From NCBI RefSeq assembly GCF_009914755.1, contig NC_060948.1: 64,000 nucleotides of DNA, one strand, 5' to 3'. The notes beneath the pieces are model-generated. The model was not told the DNA's origin. It did no database searches and was given only the letters and a program-made list of their open reading frames with translations. Made by a program: the position numbers and the translations under genes. Position 1 is the stretch's first letter, and the number at the start of each line of letters is the position of its first letter. Shown here one piece after another: positions 39,012 to 56,075 of the stretch. The DNA comes from the human T2T-CHM13v2.0 reference genome, Homo sapiens.

Positions 39012-40540
39012 CTGCCACAGGTGACTCACCTCTCCTCCCTCAAATCTCACCTTCCCCTCATGGGCTTTCTGGCTTCCTTAGGGTACCCTAGCGTGCCGGA
39101 GTCTCTTCTGGTCCTTGAACTAGGGTCGCCAGGGTCCAGGAGGCCCAGCGCAGGGGCTGATGAGAAGGCACTTTCGTCTGTGGGAGACCCAGGCCCCACT
39201 TCTCCTCGGCACGTTTTTATTTTTCTGCCGCAGGTGCATCACCTCTCCTCCCTCAAACCTCACCTTCCCCTCATGGGCCTTCTGCCTGCTTTGGGGTACA
39301 CCTAGCGGGCCCGAGGTGCACCCAGGCCTAGAACCAGGGTCGCCTGGGTCCACGGGGCCCAGCGCAGGGACGGATGGGAAGGCACTTTTTTTCCATGGGA
39401 GACCCAGGCCCCGCTTCTCCGTGGCGTGGTTTCTTTTTCTTTTCTGCCACAAGTGCCTCACCTCTCCTCCCTCACAGCTCACCTTCCTCTCATGGGCTTT
39501 CCACCGCTTTGGGGTACCCCAAGTGGCCCAAGGCTCTCCCTGAGCTCAAACCAGGGACCCCAGGTTCCCCGGTGCCCAGCGCAGGGGCTGATGGGAAGAC
39601 ACTTTCATCCGTGGGGGACCCAGGCCCCAGCTCTCCACTGCGCGGGTTTTTTTTTCTTTGTCTGTGACAGGTGCCTCACCTCTCCTGCCTCAAAACTCAC
39701 CTTCCCCTCATGGGCTTTGTGCGCCCAAAGCCCCACTTGGGGTGCACTTAGCGGCTGAGGCACACCCTGAGCTCGAACCAGGGACACCAGGGTCCTCGGT
39801 CCCAGTGCAGGGACTGATGGGAAGACACTTTGTCCGTGGGGCGCCCAGGCCATGCTTCTCCGCAGCAAAGTTTTTTTTTTCTCTGCCCCAGGTGCCTCAC
39901 CATCCCCTTAGGGGCTTTCTGCCCACCTTGGGGTACCCCTACTGGCCCGAGGTGGACCCTGGGGTCAAACCAGGGATGCCAGCGTCCCCAGGGCCCAGCG
40001 AAGGGGCTGATGGGATGGCACTTTCATCCGTGGGGGACCCAGGCACTGCTTCTTGGTGGCGCATTTTTTTTTCTCTGCCTCAGGTGCCTCACCTTCCCCT
40101 CATGGACCTTTTGTTCGCTTTGTGGTACCCCAAGCGGTCCCGAGGCGCACCCTGGGCTCGAACCAGGGTCGCCAGGGTACACCAGGCCCAGCATAGGGCC
40201 TGATGGGGAGGCACTTTCATCCGTGGTGGACCCAGGCCCCACTTCTCTGAGGTGCGGTCCTCTTTTTTTTTTTTTTTTTTTTCTGCCCCTGGTGCCTCAC
40301 CTCTCCTCCCACAAACTTCAACTTCCACTCATGGGGCTTCTGTCCGAGTTGGGGTACCCCTAGTCGCCCGAGGCGCACCCTGGGCGCTAACCAGGGATGT
40401 CAGAGTCCCTGGGGCCCAGCGCAAGGGCTGATGGGAAAAAACTTTCGTCGGTGGATGACTCAGACACCGCTTCGCGGCGCATTTTTTTTTTTCTTTGCCC
40501 CAGGTGTCTCACCTTCCCCTCATGGACCTTCTGACTTTCT
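33900..40540. repeat. Gamma satellite (GSATII-like), ~33 GC-rich monomers of ~195 or ~216 bp
   Basis: Monomer GGTGCCTCACC(TCTCCTCCCTCAAACCTCACC)TTCCCCTCATGGGCCTTCTGCCCGCCTTGGGGTACCCCTAGCGGCCCGAGGCGCACCCTGGGCTCGAACCAGGG...GGGCTGATGGGAAGGCACTTTCGTCCGTGGGGGACCCAGGCCCCGCTTCTCCGCGGCGCGG(T)n; reverse complement matches the recalled GSATII consensus. Confidence 0.88.
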
Positions 40541-41247
40541 GCACCTGCTCCGGCGCTGTGGGCCCCCCTGCGCCTGCGCCGGCGCTGTGCACCTTTGCGA
40601 GGGCGGAGCTGCATTCTTCCCAGCACCCACACGGAGAGCATCGCCAGGGCGGAGCTGAGTTCTCCTCTGCACACACTTCGGAGATACAGCAAAGGCGGAG
40701 CAGTGTTCTCCTCAGCACAGACCTGGGCAGGCTGGGGTCTCCGTGAGGGCGGAGCTGCGTTCTGCTCAGCATAGACCCGGGGGACGCCGCGAAGGCAGAG
40801 TAGCGTTCTCCTCAGCACAGACCTTGGGGGCACTGACTCGCTTTGGGACAACTCGGGGCCGCATAGACGGTGAATAAAATCCTTCCTGTTTGCAGCCCTG
40901 AGTAATCAGGGTCGGCGACCAGTTAGAAGGGTTCAGTGTGGAAAACGGGAAACCAAAAGCCCCTCTGAATCCTGCCCACCGAGGTTCTCCCCAGCCAAGG
41001 CGAGGCAGCCGCAGTGCGAGATCCACACCGCAGCCTCAGAAGACAAATGCAGCATTCCTAATGCAGACATGACACCCAAAATATGACACCCCCATTGCTC
41101 ATGTAACAAGCACCTGTAATGCTAATGCACTGCCTCAATACAAAAATATTAATATAAGATCCGCAATCCCCTTGCTGCCATGCAGTCCTAAGACAGAGAT
41201 CATAATAATCAACATTGACATAGTCAATACAAACGTAGTAACGAACC
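40540..41247 (+). repeat. TAR1 telomere-associated repeat, with reduced 29-bp (CTGCGCCTGCGCCGGCGC) and 37-bp (GGGCGGAGCTGCGTTCTCCTCAGCACAGACC) repeats
   Basis: GCGCCTGCGCCGGCGCTGTG at about 40570; about 5 GGCGGAG/GGCAGAG...TTCTCCTCAGCACAGAC units at 40600-40825; GTGAATAAAATCCTTCCTGTTTGCAGCCCTGA; directly abuts TTAGGG repeats. Confidence 0.9.
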
Positions 41248-41555
41248 TAGGGTTAAGGCTGGTGTTAGGGTTAAGGGTTAGGGGTTAAGTTTAGGGTTAG
41301 GAGTTGGAGATAGGGGTTGGGGTCAGAGTTAGGAGTTAAGAGTCAATGTTTAGAGTTAGGGGTTAAGAGAGGTTAGGGGTTAGGGATAAGGGGTTAGGGT
41401 TGGATTAGTGTGAGGGTGAGAGTTGTGGTTAGGGGTTAGGCTTAGGGGTTACAGTTAAGGGTTAAGGGTTAGGGTTAGGGGTTAGGGTTAGGGTCAGGGG
41501 TTAGGGGTCAGGGGTTAGGGGTCAGGGTCAGGGGTCAGGGTCTGGTTCAGGGGTT
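41248..41555 (+). repeat. Interstitial degenerate telomeric repeat (TTAGGG, TTAGGGG, TTAAGG, TCAGGG variants)
   Basis: For example GGGTTAGGGTTAGGGGTTAGGGTTAGGGTCAGGGGTTAGGGGTCAGGGG. Confidence 0.95.
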
Positions 41556-44095
<2,540 letters not shown>

Positions 44096-44339
44096 ATTCT
44101 GTGAGGAACAACCAAATTGTTTTCTGCAGCAAGGGCATCATTTTCTATTCCTAGCAGCCAGTTCATGAGGGCTCCAACTTCTCCACCTCCTTAGCAACAT
44201 TTATTTTCTGTGTCATTGTTATGAAAGCCTTACTTGTGGGTGCAGAGTGGCATGAATGAAGTCAATTAACATGTTTATTACCTCACAGAATAGTTACCTT
44301 TTTGTGTGCATGTGTGGGATAAGAAAACTTAACCCTATC

Positions 44340-45445
44340 CCCTGTGACTGAATAGTGGCCATTCCAGCTGCTCCAGGCTCCGGCAGAGGAAGACCAGGGT
44401 AGGTGGCTCCACCAGGGTGACCCTCAGGTCTGGCGCTCACGCATTCCAGAAGCCACCCAGACCATGCTCCCCTGCCTGGGCGCCCAAGCTGCAGTCGCCC
44501 TCTGTGTGCAGGCAGCAGCTGCCTGGCAACCCCCGAGCCCACTCGCGCTCCCACCATCGCAGAACCAGGGCCAGGTGTCCCAGTGGCTGCGGCCAAGCCA
44601 GGCATTCTGCCCTGCGGCAGCAGCTGCACAGGAGCGAGAACTGAGAACCCACCGCTCAACCCCACATGGGGTGACTGCCGAGTGCCCATACAAACGGCTC
44701 TGATCTCCCTCAGGTGGAGGAGTGGGCGGGAGGCACGGCCTGGGGGGCCCTCAGCCTGGGCGCGCTGGGTAGATCCCAAGGCCAACCAGGCCACGCACCT
44801 CCAGCTCGCCTGGGCACCCGAGCTGCAGCCGCCTTCTGCGTGCAGGCAGCAGCCTCCAGGCAACTCCCGAGCCAGCCCACACTCCCCACATCTCGGATGC
44901 AGGGCCAAATGTCCCTGTGGCTGTGGCCAAGCCAGGCGGTCTGTCCTGCAGCAGCTGCACAGGGGCGGTAACCGGCCCTCAGCCCCATCCCCGGTGGCTG
45001 CAGAGGGCCCCTGGATAGAGATCTGGAGCTATGGCAGAGGAGGAGACGGGTGGGGGCAGGGTCTGGCAGGCTCTCAGCCCAGGGGTACCCGCGATCCAGA
45101 GGCCGCCCAGGGTATGCTCCACCAACTGGGTGCCCAGCTACAGGCGCCGGGCAACTCTCAAGCTGGCTGGCGGTCCCAGCCTCGCAGAACCGGGGCTAGA
45201 TGTCGCCGTGGCTGCGACCAAGCCAGGCGGTCTGCCCGGGGGCGGCTGCACCGGGGCAGGAACCGACCCTCAGCCCCATCCCCGGTGGCTGCAGACGGCC
45301 CCTGGGGTGGCCCCGATCTCTCTTCGGAGGAGAAGAGGGGCGGGAGTCACGGCCAGGCGGGCCCTCAGGCAGGAAGGGATGCGCGCCTGCGATTCCGGGA
45401 CGTCCCGCGCCAGCCCAGGAGAACCCGCAAGCCAGCGGCGCCTGT
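44340..45445. promoter_or_regulatory. CpG-rich island made of three diverged ~316-334-bp units; candidate promoter or first exon
   Basis: Units start near 44478, 44812 and 45128 (GGG(C/T)(G/A)CCC..AGCT(G/A)CAG...GTGGCTG(C/T)G(G/A)CCAAGCCAGGC); many CpGs within otherwise AT-rich L1 DNA. Promoter role is inferred. Confidence 0.55.
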
Positions 45446-47860
45446 TTCTCTGTGTGATTCTTTGAGGAACCACTAAACTGATTTCCACAGCAAGTGCATC
45501 ATTTTCTATTCCTAGCAGCCAGTTCATGAGGGCTCCAGTTTCTCCACCTCCTTAGCAACATTGATTTTCTGTGTCGTTGTTACGAAAGCCTTACTAGTGG
45601 ATGCAAAGTGGCATCTCATTTGGGTTTTGTCTTGCATTTTATTAATGAATAACGGTGTTTAGCATCTTTTCTTGTCCTTCTTAGACATTTGTGTATCTTC
45701 TTTGGTGAAATGTCTATTCAAGTCCTTTGCCTATTTTTTAATTGGGATCTTAGAAATTCTGTTGTTGAGTTGTGGGATATTAAGCTTTTATCAGATTCAC
45801 ACTTTGATTTTATCAGATACATATATTCTCACATATTATGGGTTGTCTTTTCACTCCCTTGATAGTATCCTTTGATGCATAAAGGGTTTTTATTTTGATT
45901 AAATCTAATTTTCGTGTATTTTCTTTTGTTATCTGTGCTTTTCTGTCATATTTCAAAATACACTTAAAACTGAAAGGTCATAAAGGTTTACCGTGTGCTT
46001 TCTTCTAAGAGTTACATATTTTTAGTCCTTACATTTAAGTCTTTTATTAATTTAGAATTAATTTTTGTATATACTGCAAGGTAGGGGTCTAACTTCTCTC
46101 TTGTGCACTGACATCCAGCTGTTGAAGAGACTGTTCTTTCCTCCCTTGACTAGATTTGGCCACCTTGTTGAACAGTCACCTTGTTGAACAGACTAACTTG
46201 TAGGATCTCAAATCTATTCTATTGTATTTGTCTGAAAGTCTATTGGTCTTATTCCAGTACCATACTCTCTTGATTACTGTAGATTTGTAGTAGGCTGTGA
46301 AACTGAAAAAATGTGAGTTTTCCAATGTTCTTTTTCAAGACTGTTTTGTCTGTGAGATCCTTTGAATTTTTGTATGATTTTAGAATGAGTTTCTTTGTTT
46401 CTGCAAAAATGCCTTTGGGAGTTTGATGGTATTGCATTGAATCTGTAGATTACTTTAGATGGTATTGTCATCTTAACAATATTGTCTTACAACCCGTGAA
46501 CACAGAATGTCTTTCCACTTATTTCCACTCTCTTTAGTTTTTTTCAGCAAAGTTTTTGTATACCACCACGGTTAGATTTATGCCTGAATAACGTATTCTT
46601 TGATGTCATTATAAATGGAATTTTTAAAATGTTTTCATAGTTCTTTACAACTATATAGGAATATAGCTCATTTGCCTATGTTTGTTTGCATCCTGCCTCT
46701 TTTATTAGTTATAATCCATTTTGTGTTTTGTTTGGAGCTTTGTACCCATAAGATCATGTGTAGATATAATTTTACACCTATTTTTTATTTCCAATTTAGA
46801 TGCCTTTTATTTCTTTGTCTTGCCTAATTGCTCTGGCTAGAACTGCCAGTGCTACGTTGAATACAAGTGGCAAATGCACTATCCTTTTCTTCTAGATGTT
46901 AGAAAAACAGCTTTCAGTGTTTCATCATTGATCATGATATTAACTGTTGGGTTTTTGTACATCCCATTGTCATGTTGCAGAAGATCCCTTCTATGCTTAG
47001 TTTATTGAGTATTTTTATTATAGAAGGGTGTTGTATTTCATCAATGTTTTCTCTGCATCAATTGAAATCATCACGTGCTTATTCATTTTACTTTTACAGC
47101 ATATTACACTGATTGATTTTTTATATGTTGAACCACCCTTGCATTTTGGGGATAAATCTCAAAGGGTGATAGTTTACAATCCTTTGATTATACGGTATTG
47201 CTGCTAGTATTTTGCTAGTATTGCTAGTATTTTGCTGAGATTTTTGCTTATATATTCATAAGGGATATAGTGCTGTATTTCTCTTGTGCTCTCTTTGTCT
47301 TTGGTATGAGGATAATGCTGTTATCAAAAAATGAATTAACAAGTATTCCTTCTTCATATATTTTGTCAGAAGAGTTTGAGAAGAAATGGTATTAATTATT
47401 CTTTAAATGTTAGGTTGACTCACCACTTAATGCAGCTATTTGGTCACAAATGTTTCTTTGTTAATCGCTTTCGATTACTAATTCAATCTCCTAGGTTATA
47501 GGTCTGTTCAGATTTTCTCTTTCTTCTTGAGCCACTTTGGTAGTTTGTGTCTTTCTAGCGATTCATCCATTTCATCCAGGGCACTTAATTTGTTGCTAGA
47601 CAGTTGTTCACAGTATACTCCTGTAATCCTTTTGTATTTCTGTAAAGTTGGTTGTAATGGCTCTGCTTTCATTTATTATTTTAATAATTAGTCTTCCATC
47701 TTTTGCTCAGTCAATATAGTGAAAGGCTTGATCTTTCAAAGAATCCACATTTTTTCATTCTACTGCTCTCCAATCTTCTATTTTATTGATTTATGCTCTA
47801 ATTATGTTCTTTATTATTTCTTTCCTTCTGCTAGCTTTGGATTTAGTCTTCCACCTGAAT
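45446..47860 (-). mobile_element. Old L1 (L1M) ORF2-derived fragment
   Basis: T-rich antisense L1 motifs (GAGGAACCACTAAACTG, GCATCTTTTC, GGTATTGCATTGAATCTGTAGAT, GTTGAACCACCCTTGCAT). A short duplicate of its start lies at 44097-44253. Confidence 0.85.
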
Positions 47861-48093
47861 TTATTTTGGGAGTGATATTGTTGTAACTTCATGGAAATAA
47901 TACTAGATAGAAAGTTAGCAGATGGATTCTCTATCTGATGAGAGTTTTGGGCAAATCGAATACCAAGTTGCCAAGTTTTTTTTCTCTGACGCAAAAAACA
48001 ATTTAGCAGCCGGTGAGAAACTCTCACAGCTCTGGATGTGAGTTTAGGACACTGCATTTCTACCATTCAATTTCTTACTAGTTTTTTGCACAG

Positions 48094-48248
48094 GGATCAT
48101 GGCACAAGTTGCAGTTTCCACCCTGCCCATGGAAGATGAGGAGTCCATGGAAGATGAGGAGTCCATTGAAGATGAGGAGTCTGTTGAAGATGATTCCGTG
48201 GAAAGCAGGATGGTGGTGACATTGCTCATATCAGCTATCGAGTCCACG
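48094..48248 (+). pseudogene. GTF2IP: GTF2I/GTF2IRD2 first coding exon copy 1 (GTF2I pseudogene fragment)
   Basis: Acceptor TTTTTTGCACAG, ATG at 48099, 50 codons [50 protein letters not shown], donor GTGAGA. Recalled GTF2I N-terminus is [33 protein letters not shown]. Confidence 0.9.
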
Positions 48249-48404
48249 GTGAGACCTTCTGTTCTAACATGATATAATTGGGTAGAACTGCGTGGTAGAT
48301 AAGGTTGATTTGTTTTTGTAGAACTTATAATTTTATGATTTGTAGTTCTAATGAGTAGATCTTTTTCTGGAATGGTAGTTATGGTCAAACACTTCTAACA
48401 AAAT

Positions 48405-48870
48405 GTGCCATGTTGTCCAGCCTGGTCTCAAAATATGGGGCTCAAGAGACCTGCTCACCTTGGCCTCCCAAAATACTGGGATTACAGGTGTAAGACCCTG
48501 AATCTGGCCAGATATTTTTCTTTTTATGGCTGAATAATACTCTGTGTATGTATATGTTACATTTTCTTTATCTATTCACCTACTGATGGGCATTAGGTTT
48601 GGGCGACCTTTTGGCCACTGTGAATAATGCTGCTGTTAATCGGGTGTACAAACACCTGTTTGAGTCCCTGCTCTCAGTTCCTTTGGGTATATATGCTTAA
48701 AGGGTGTTGATGGATCATATAATTCTGTGCTTCATATTTTTAAGGAGCTGCTAAACCATTTTCCACAGTGGGCTGTACCATTTTACGTTCCAAAAAGCAA
48801 TGCATACAGCTTCCAATTTCTCTATAGCATTGCTGACAGTTAATATTTTCTGTTTATGTATTGTATTTTT
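48405..48870 (-). mobile_element. Alu left-arm fragment (about 48405-48512) followed by an L1M fragment
   Basis: CCATGTTGTCCAGCCTGGTCTC...GGGATTACAGG, then TTTTATGGCTGAATAATAC..., GGCTGTACCATTTTAC. Confidence 0.75.
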
Positions 48871-49016
48871 AGAGTGTTTGAAATTAATCTGAGGCTTTTT
48901 GCTGATACCAAAATATTAGGAAAGGTTATCCAAAAATAATACTGCTTATTATAAGGGATTTTACGTGTTACTTGATGCTCTGTGATCTGTTTTCTAAGTA
49001 AGAAGAGGAACTTCTT

Positions 49017-49325
49017 GGCTGGGCACAGCGGCTCATGCCTGTAATCCTAGCACTTTGGGAGGCTGAGGCAGGTCGATCACAAGGTCAGGAGTTCAAGACC
49101 AGCCTGGCCAACATAATGAAACCCAGTCTCCACTCAAAAAAAAAAAAAAATTAGCTGGGTGTGGTGGTGGGGGGGTGCCTCTAATCCCAGTATTCGGAAG
49201 GCTGAGGCAGAGAATTGATTAAACCCATAAGGTAGAGGTTACAGTGACTGAGATTGCACCACTGCACCCCAGTCTGTGTGACAGAGCGAGAGTCCATCTC
49301 AAAAAAAAAAAGGAAAGAAAGAAAG
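49017..49325 (+). mobile_element. AluS
   Basis: Full dimer; TSD AAGAAGAGGAACTTCT on both sides. Confidence 0.92.
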
Positions 49326-49482
49326 AAGAGGAACTTCTCTCCACCCAGCCTCATTCCACTGCACCAACTCTTCTCTGTCGGGTTGTGCAGGGGAGAAAGG
49401 GAGCTTGGCACCTCTTTGCTGTGTTGAATTGTGGTAGCCCATCACTGGGTTGTAAAGTTCCTTGCCTCCTTTCCTCCCCCCC

Positions 49483-49765
49483 TTTTTTTGAGACAGAGTC
49501 TCACTGTGTCGTCCAGGCTCAGGTGAAGTGCTGTGATGTCTGCTCCCTGCAAGCTCAGCCTCCTGGTTTCAAGTGATTCTCCTGCCTCAGCCTCCCAAGA
49601 AGCTGGGACTACAGGCACATGCCACCACACCTGGCTAACATTTTTTTATTTTTAGTAGAGATAGGGTATCACCATGTTGGGAGGCTGGTCTTGAGCTCCT
49701 GACTTCAGGTGATCCACCCACCTTGGCCTCCCAAAGTGCTGGGGTTAAAGGCATGAGACACTGAG
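49483..49765 (-). mobile_element. AluS
   Basis: Reverse Alu dimer. Confidence 0.9.
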
Positions 49766-50061
49766 TTCATCCACCTCCTCTTTTACTTGGGAGAAATGCA
49801 CAGATTCTGGGTGCATGTGCATTTGTTTTGGGAGTGATAATTGATCTAACTTATGGAAATAATACTAGATAGTTAGCGGATGGATTCTGTATCTGATGAG
49901 AGTTTTGGGCAAAACGAATTCCTAGTTTCTGAGTCTTATTTTTCCCCTGATTCAAGAAAACTGTGAATTATCCAGCTGGTAAAAAACTCTCACAGCTCTG
50001 GATGTGAGTTTAGGACACTGGATTTCTACCACTCATTTTCTTACTACTTTTCTTGTGCAAG

Positions 50062-50179
50062 GATCATGGCAGAAGTTGCAGTTTCCACCCTGCCCATTGA
50101 AGATGAGGAGTCTGTTGAAGATGAGGAGTCCTTGGAGAGCAGGATGGTGGTGACATTCCTGTCAGCTCTCGACTCCATG
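50062..50179 (+). pseudogene. GTF2IP: GTF2I/GTF2IRD2 first coding exon copy 2
   Basis: ATG at 50066, 38 codons [38 protein letters not shown], donor GTCAGA. Flanks 49828-50320 are homologous to 47867-48408. Confidence 0.9.
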
Positions 50180-50299
50180 GTCAGACCTTCTGTTCTAACA
50201 TTCTGTAGTTCGGTAGGACTGGGCGGTAGATAAGGTTGATTTGTTTTTGTAGAACTTACAATTTTGTGATTTTTAGTTCGAAAGAATAGACCTTTGTCA

Positions 50300-52260
<1,961 letters not shown>

Positions 52261-52264
52261 CTGT

Positions 52265-52630
52265 GTCCAGCAATCACAAGAGGTCTTTATAAGTGAAAGA
52301 GGGAGGTAAGAGAGTCGGAATTGAAGGAGATTTGATGATGGAAGCACAGGTCACAGAGGGAGATTCGAATATGCTTTGCTTCTGGCTTTGAAGATGCAGT
52401 TAGGGGCCATGAGCCAAAGAATAGGGGTGGCTTTAGCAACTGGGAAAAGCAAGGGAACACATTCTCTCCAGAACCTCCAGAAGGGATGCAGTCCTGCTGA
52501 CACCTTGACTTTAGCCTTAATAGACCTATTTTGGACTTCTGGCCCCCAGACCTGTTAGGTAGTAGATTTGTGGTGTATTAAGCCACTAAATGTAGGGTAC
52601 TTTGCAACAGCAGCAAGAAGAAATGAACAT
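52265..52630 (+). mobile_element. MaLR LTR fragment (MLT1C/D-like)
   Basis: CTGGCTTTGAAGATG...GGGCCATGAGCCAAAGAAT...CCTCCAGAAGGGATGCAGTCCTGCTGACACCTTGAC...CAGCAGCAAGAAGAAA. Confidence 0.75.
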
Positions 52631-52632
52631 GA

Positions 52633-52930
52633 AGCCAGGGGTGGTGGCCCACACCTATAATTCCAGCTATTTAGGAGGCTGAAGCAGGATGGTTGATTTG
52701 GCCCAGGGGTTCAAGATAAGCCTGGGCAACAAAGTGATACCCTGTCTACATGGAAAAGAATTAGTGGCTGTGGTGGTATGCACTTGTAGTCTTAGCTACT
52801 AGAGGCACTGAGGCAGGACGATTTCTTGACCTAGGAGCTCCAGGTCTCAGTGCATTGTGATCATGCCATTGCACCCCAGTCTGAGTGACACAGCGAGATT
52901 GTATCTTAAAAAAAAAAAAGAAAAAAGAAA
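52633..52930 (+). mobile_element. AluJ-like
   Basis: Diverged dimer with poly(A). Confidence 0.85.
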
Positions 52931-53470
52931 TGAGTGAGCATGGCAGGAATAGGAACAGATAGCAATATTAAATAGAGTGGTCAGGGTTGGCCTCCTAAGT
53001 GAAAATTGAGCAAAGACTTGAAGGAGGGGAAGGAGCTGGCCAAGGTACTGAGGGAAGGGCATTGTAGGCAGAAACAACAGAATAAAGATGCGAAGAGGGA
53101 ACTCCGTGGTGTGTCTGAAGCTCAGGAAAGAGGCCTGTGGAGCAGAGAGAGGGAGAGAAGTAGGGAAGGAGGCCAGGGAGTTGTTGGGTGCAGATCAGTA
53201 CAGATTGTGTAAGCCCTGGGAGGCTATTGCTGGGGCTTTGGCTTTTATTCTGTCTGAGATGGGAGATGCGGAAGGGTTCTGAGCAGAGAGGTGACACAAA
53301 TTGTCTACTGATTTAAAACCATCCCATGGTGGCTGAGTTGAGAAAGATTGTGGGAAGATTTGGGTAGAAGCAGGGAGGCCAAGCTATGGCAACCTCCAGG
53401 TGGGAGATGATAGTGGTTTTGACCAGGGTCCTGGCAATGGTGAGAGATGGTTGATTCTTGCTGAAATACT
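52931..53470 (+). mobile_element. L2-like fragment
   Basis: GAGCAAAGACTTGAAGGAG...TTTGGCTTTTATTCTG..TGAGATGGGAG...GAGCAGAGAGGTGACA...CCAGGTGGGAGATGATAGTGG. Confidence 0.6.
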
Positions 53471-53552
53471 AAGTAATTAAAAAAAAAAAACAACACTACG
53501 GCTTTTCCCAGTTATATGAATATGGGATGCTGATTAAAGAAATCTTAAGTCG

Positions 53553-54020
53553 GGCCAGGTGCAGTGGTTTATGCCTGTAGCATCAGCTCTTTGGGAGGCA
53601 GAGATGAGAGAATTGTTTGAGTCGAGGAGTTTGAGTCCACCCTGTGCAACATAGCAAGACCTCCTCTCTATGCAAATAAAAATTAATAAAATGTAATTAT
53701 CCAAGCATAGTGGTATTTTCCTGTACAACCAGTTACTCAGGTTGTTGAAGTGGGCAGATCTCTTGAGAGAGGGAGTTTGAGGCCAGCTTGGGCAACATAG
53801 CAAGGCTCCTCTTTCTACAAAAAAATAAATAAATAAATAAATAAATAAATATTAGCTGGGTGTTTTGGTGATCATCTGTGGTCATAGCTATGGTGAGGCT
53901 GAGGCAGGAGGATCTCCGGAGCCCAGGAGGTCAAGGCTGCAGTTAGGTATGAGTGCACCCCTGCATTGCAGCCAGAGTGACAGAGTGAGACCCGGTCTCA
54001 GAATACAGATACAAGTAAAG
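53553..54020 (+). mobile_element. Compound AluJ/FLAM cluster
   Basis: Three Alu arms with an (AAAT)n linker at about 53822-53850. Confidence 0.8.
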
Positions 54021-54406
54021 AAATCTCAACTCAGAGCAGTCTGTTTGTCACTATGCAGCCTTTGCAACCCCATAGCTGCGCGATTGGATTTGTGTTGCTG
54101 GAGGTGAGGAGACCTGTGCCCAGGTGTTGTTGCCTGTCTAATCAGTTTATTTTAAAATATATTAATGAAATTTATTTCATCATACTTTATGGTCTCATAC
54201 CTGAGTGGTTTTTTGAATTCTCCTTTGAATAGCTTGTAACTATTCAAACCTCTTATTGGTTCTATAATTAATTCTTTTTCTAATTAGCTTTTTAAAAATC
54301 AGAATTGATATTAGACTAATCAGTTGTTAATGAGGAGATGAAATTGAGTTGTTTGTACACTTTATCTAAGATAGTGTCATATTGGCTAACTCAAATCAAT
54401 AGTTGA

Positions 54407-56075
<1,669 letters not shown>

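Noticed and set aside
34619-39024. 299-aa and 370-aa ORFs in the gamma satellite
   Set aside because: Chance open frames in GC-rich satellite; the variable T-tracts shift frame between monomers.
41248-41555. Head-to-head telomere fusion like 2q13
   Set aside because: Only G-strand repeats are present; no (CCCTAA)n follows, and the tract joins L1 directly.
44294-45476. 204-aa and 297-aa ORFs in the CpG-rich repeat
   Set aside because: GC-rich and open on both strands; no recognisable protein similarity.
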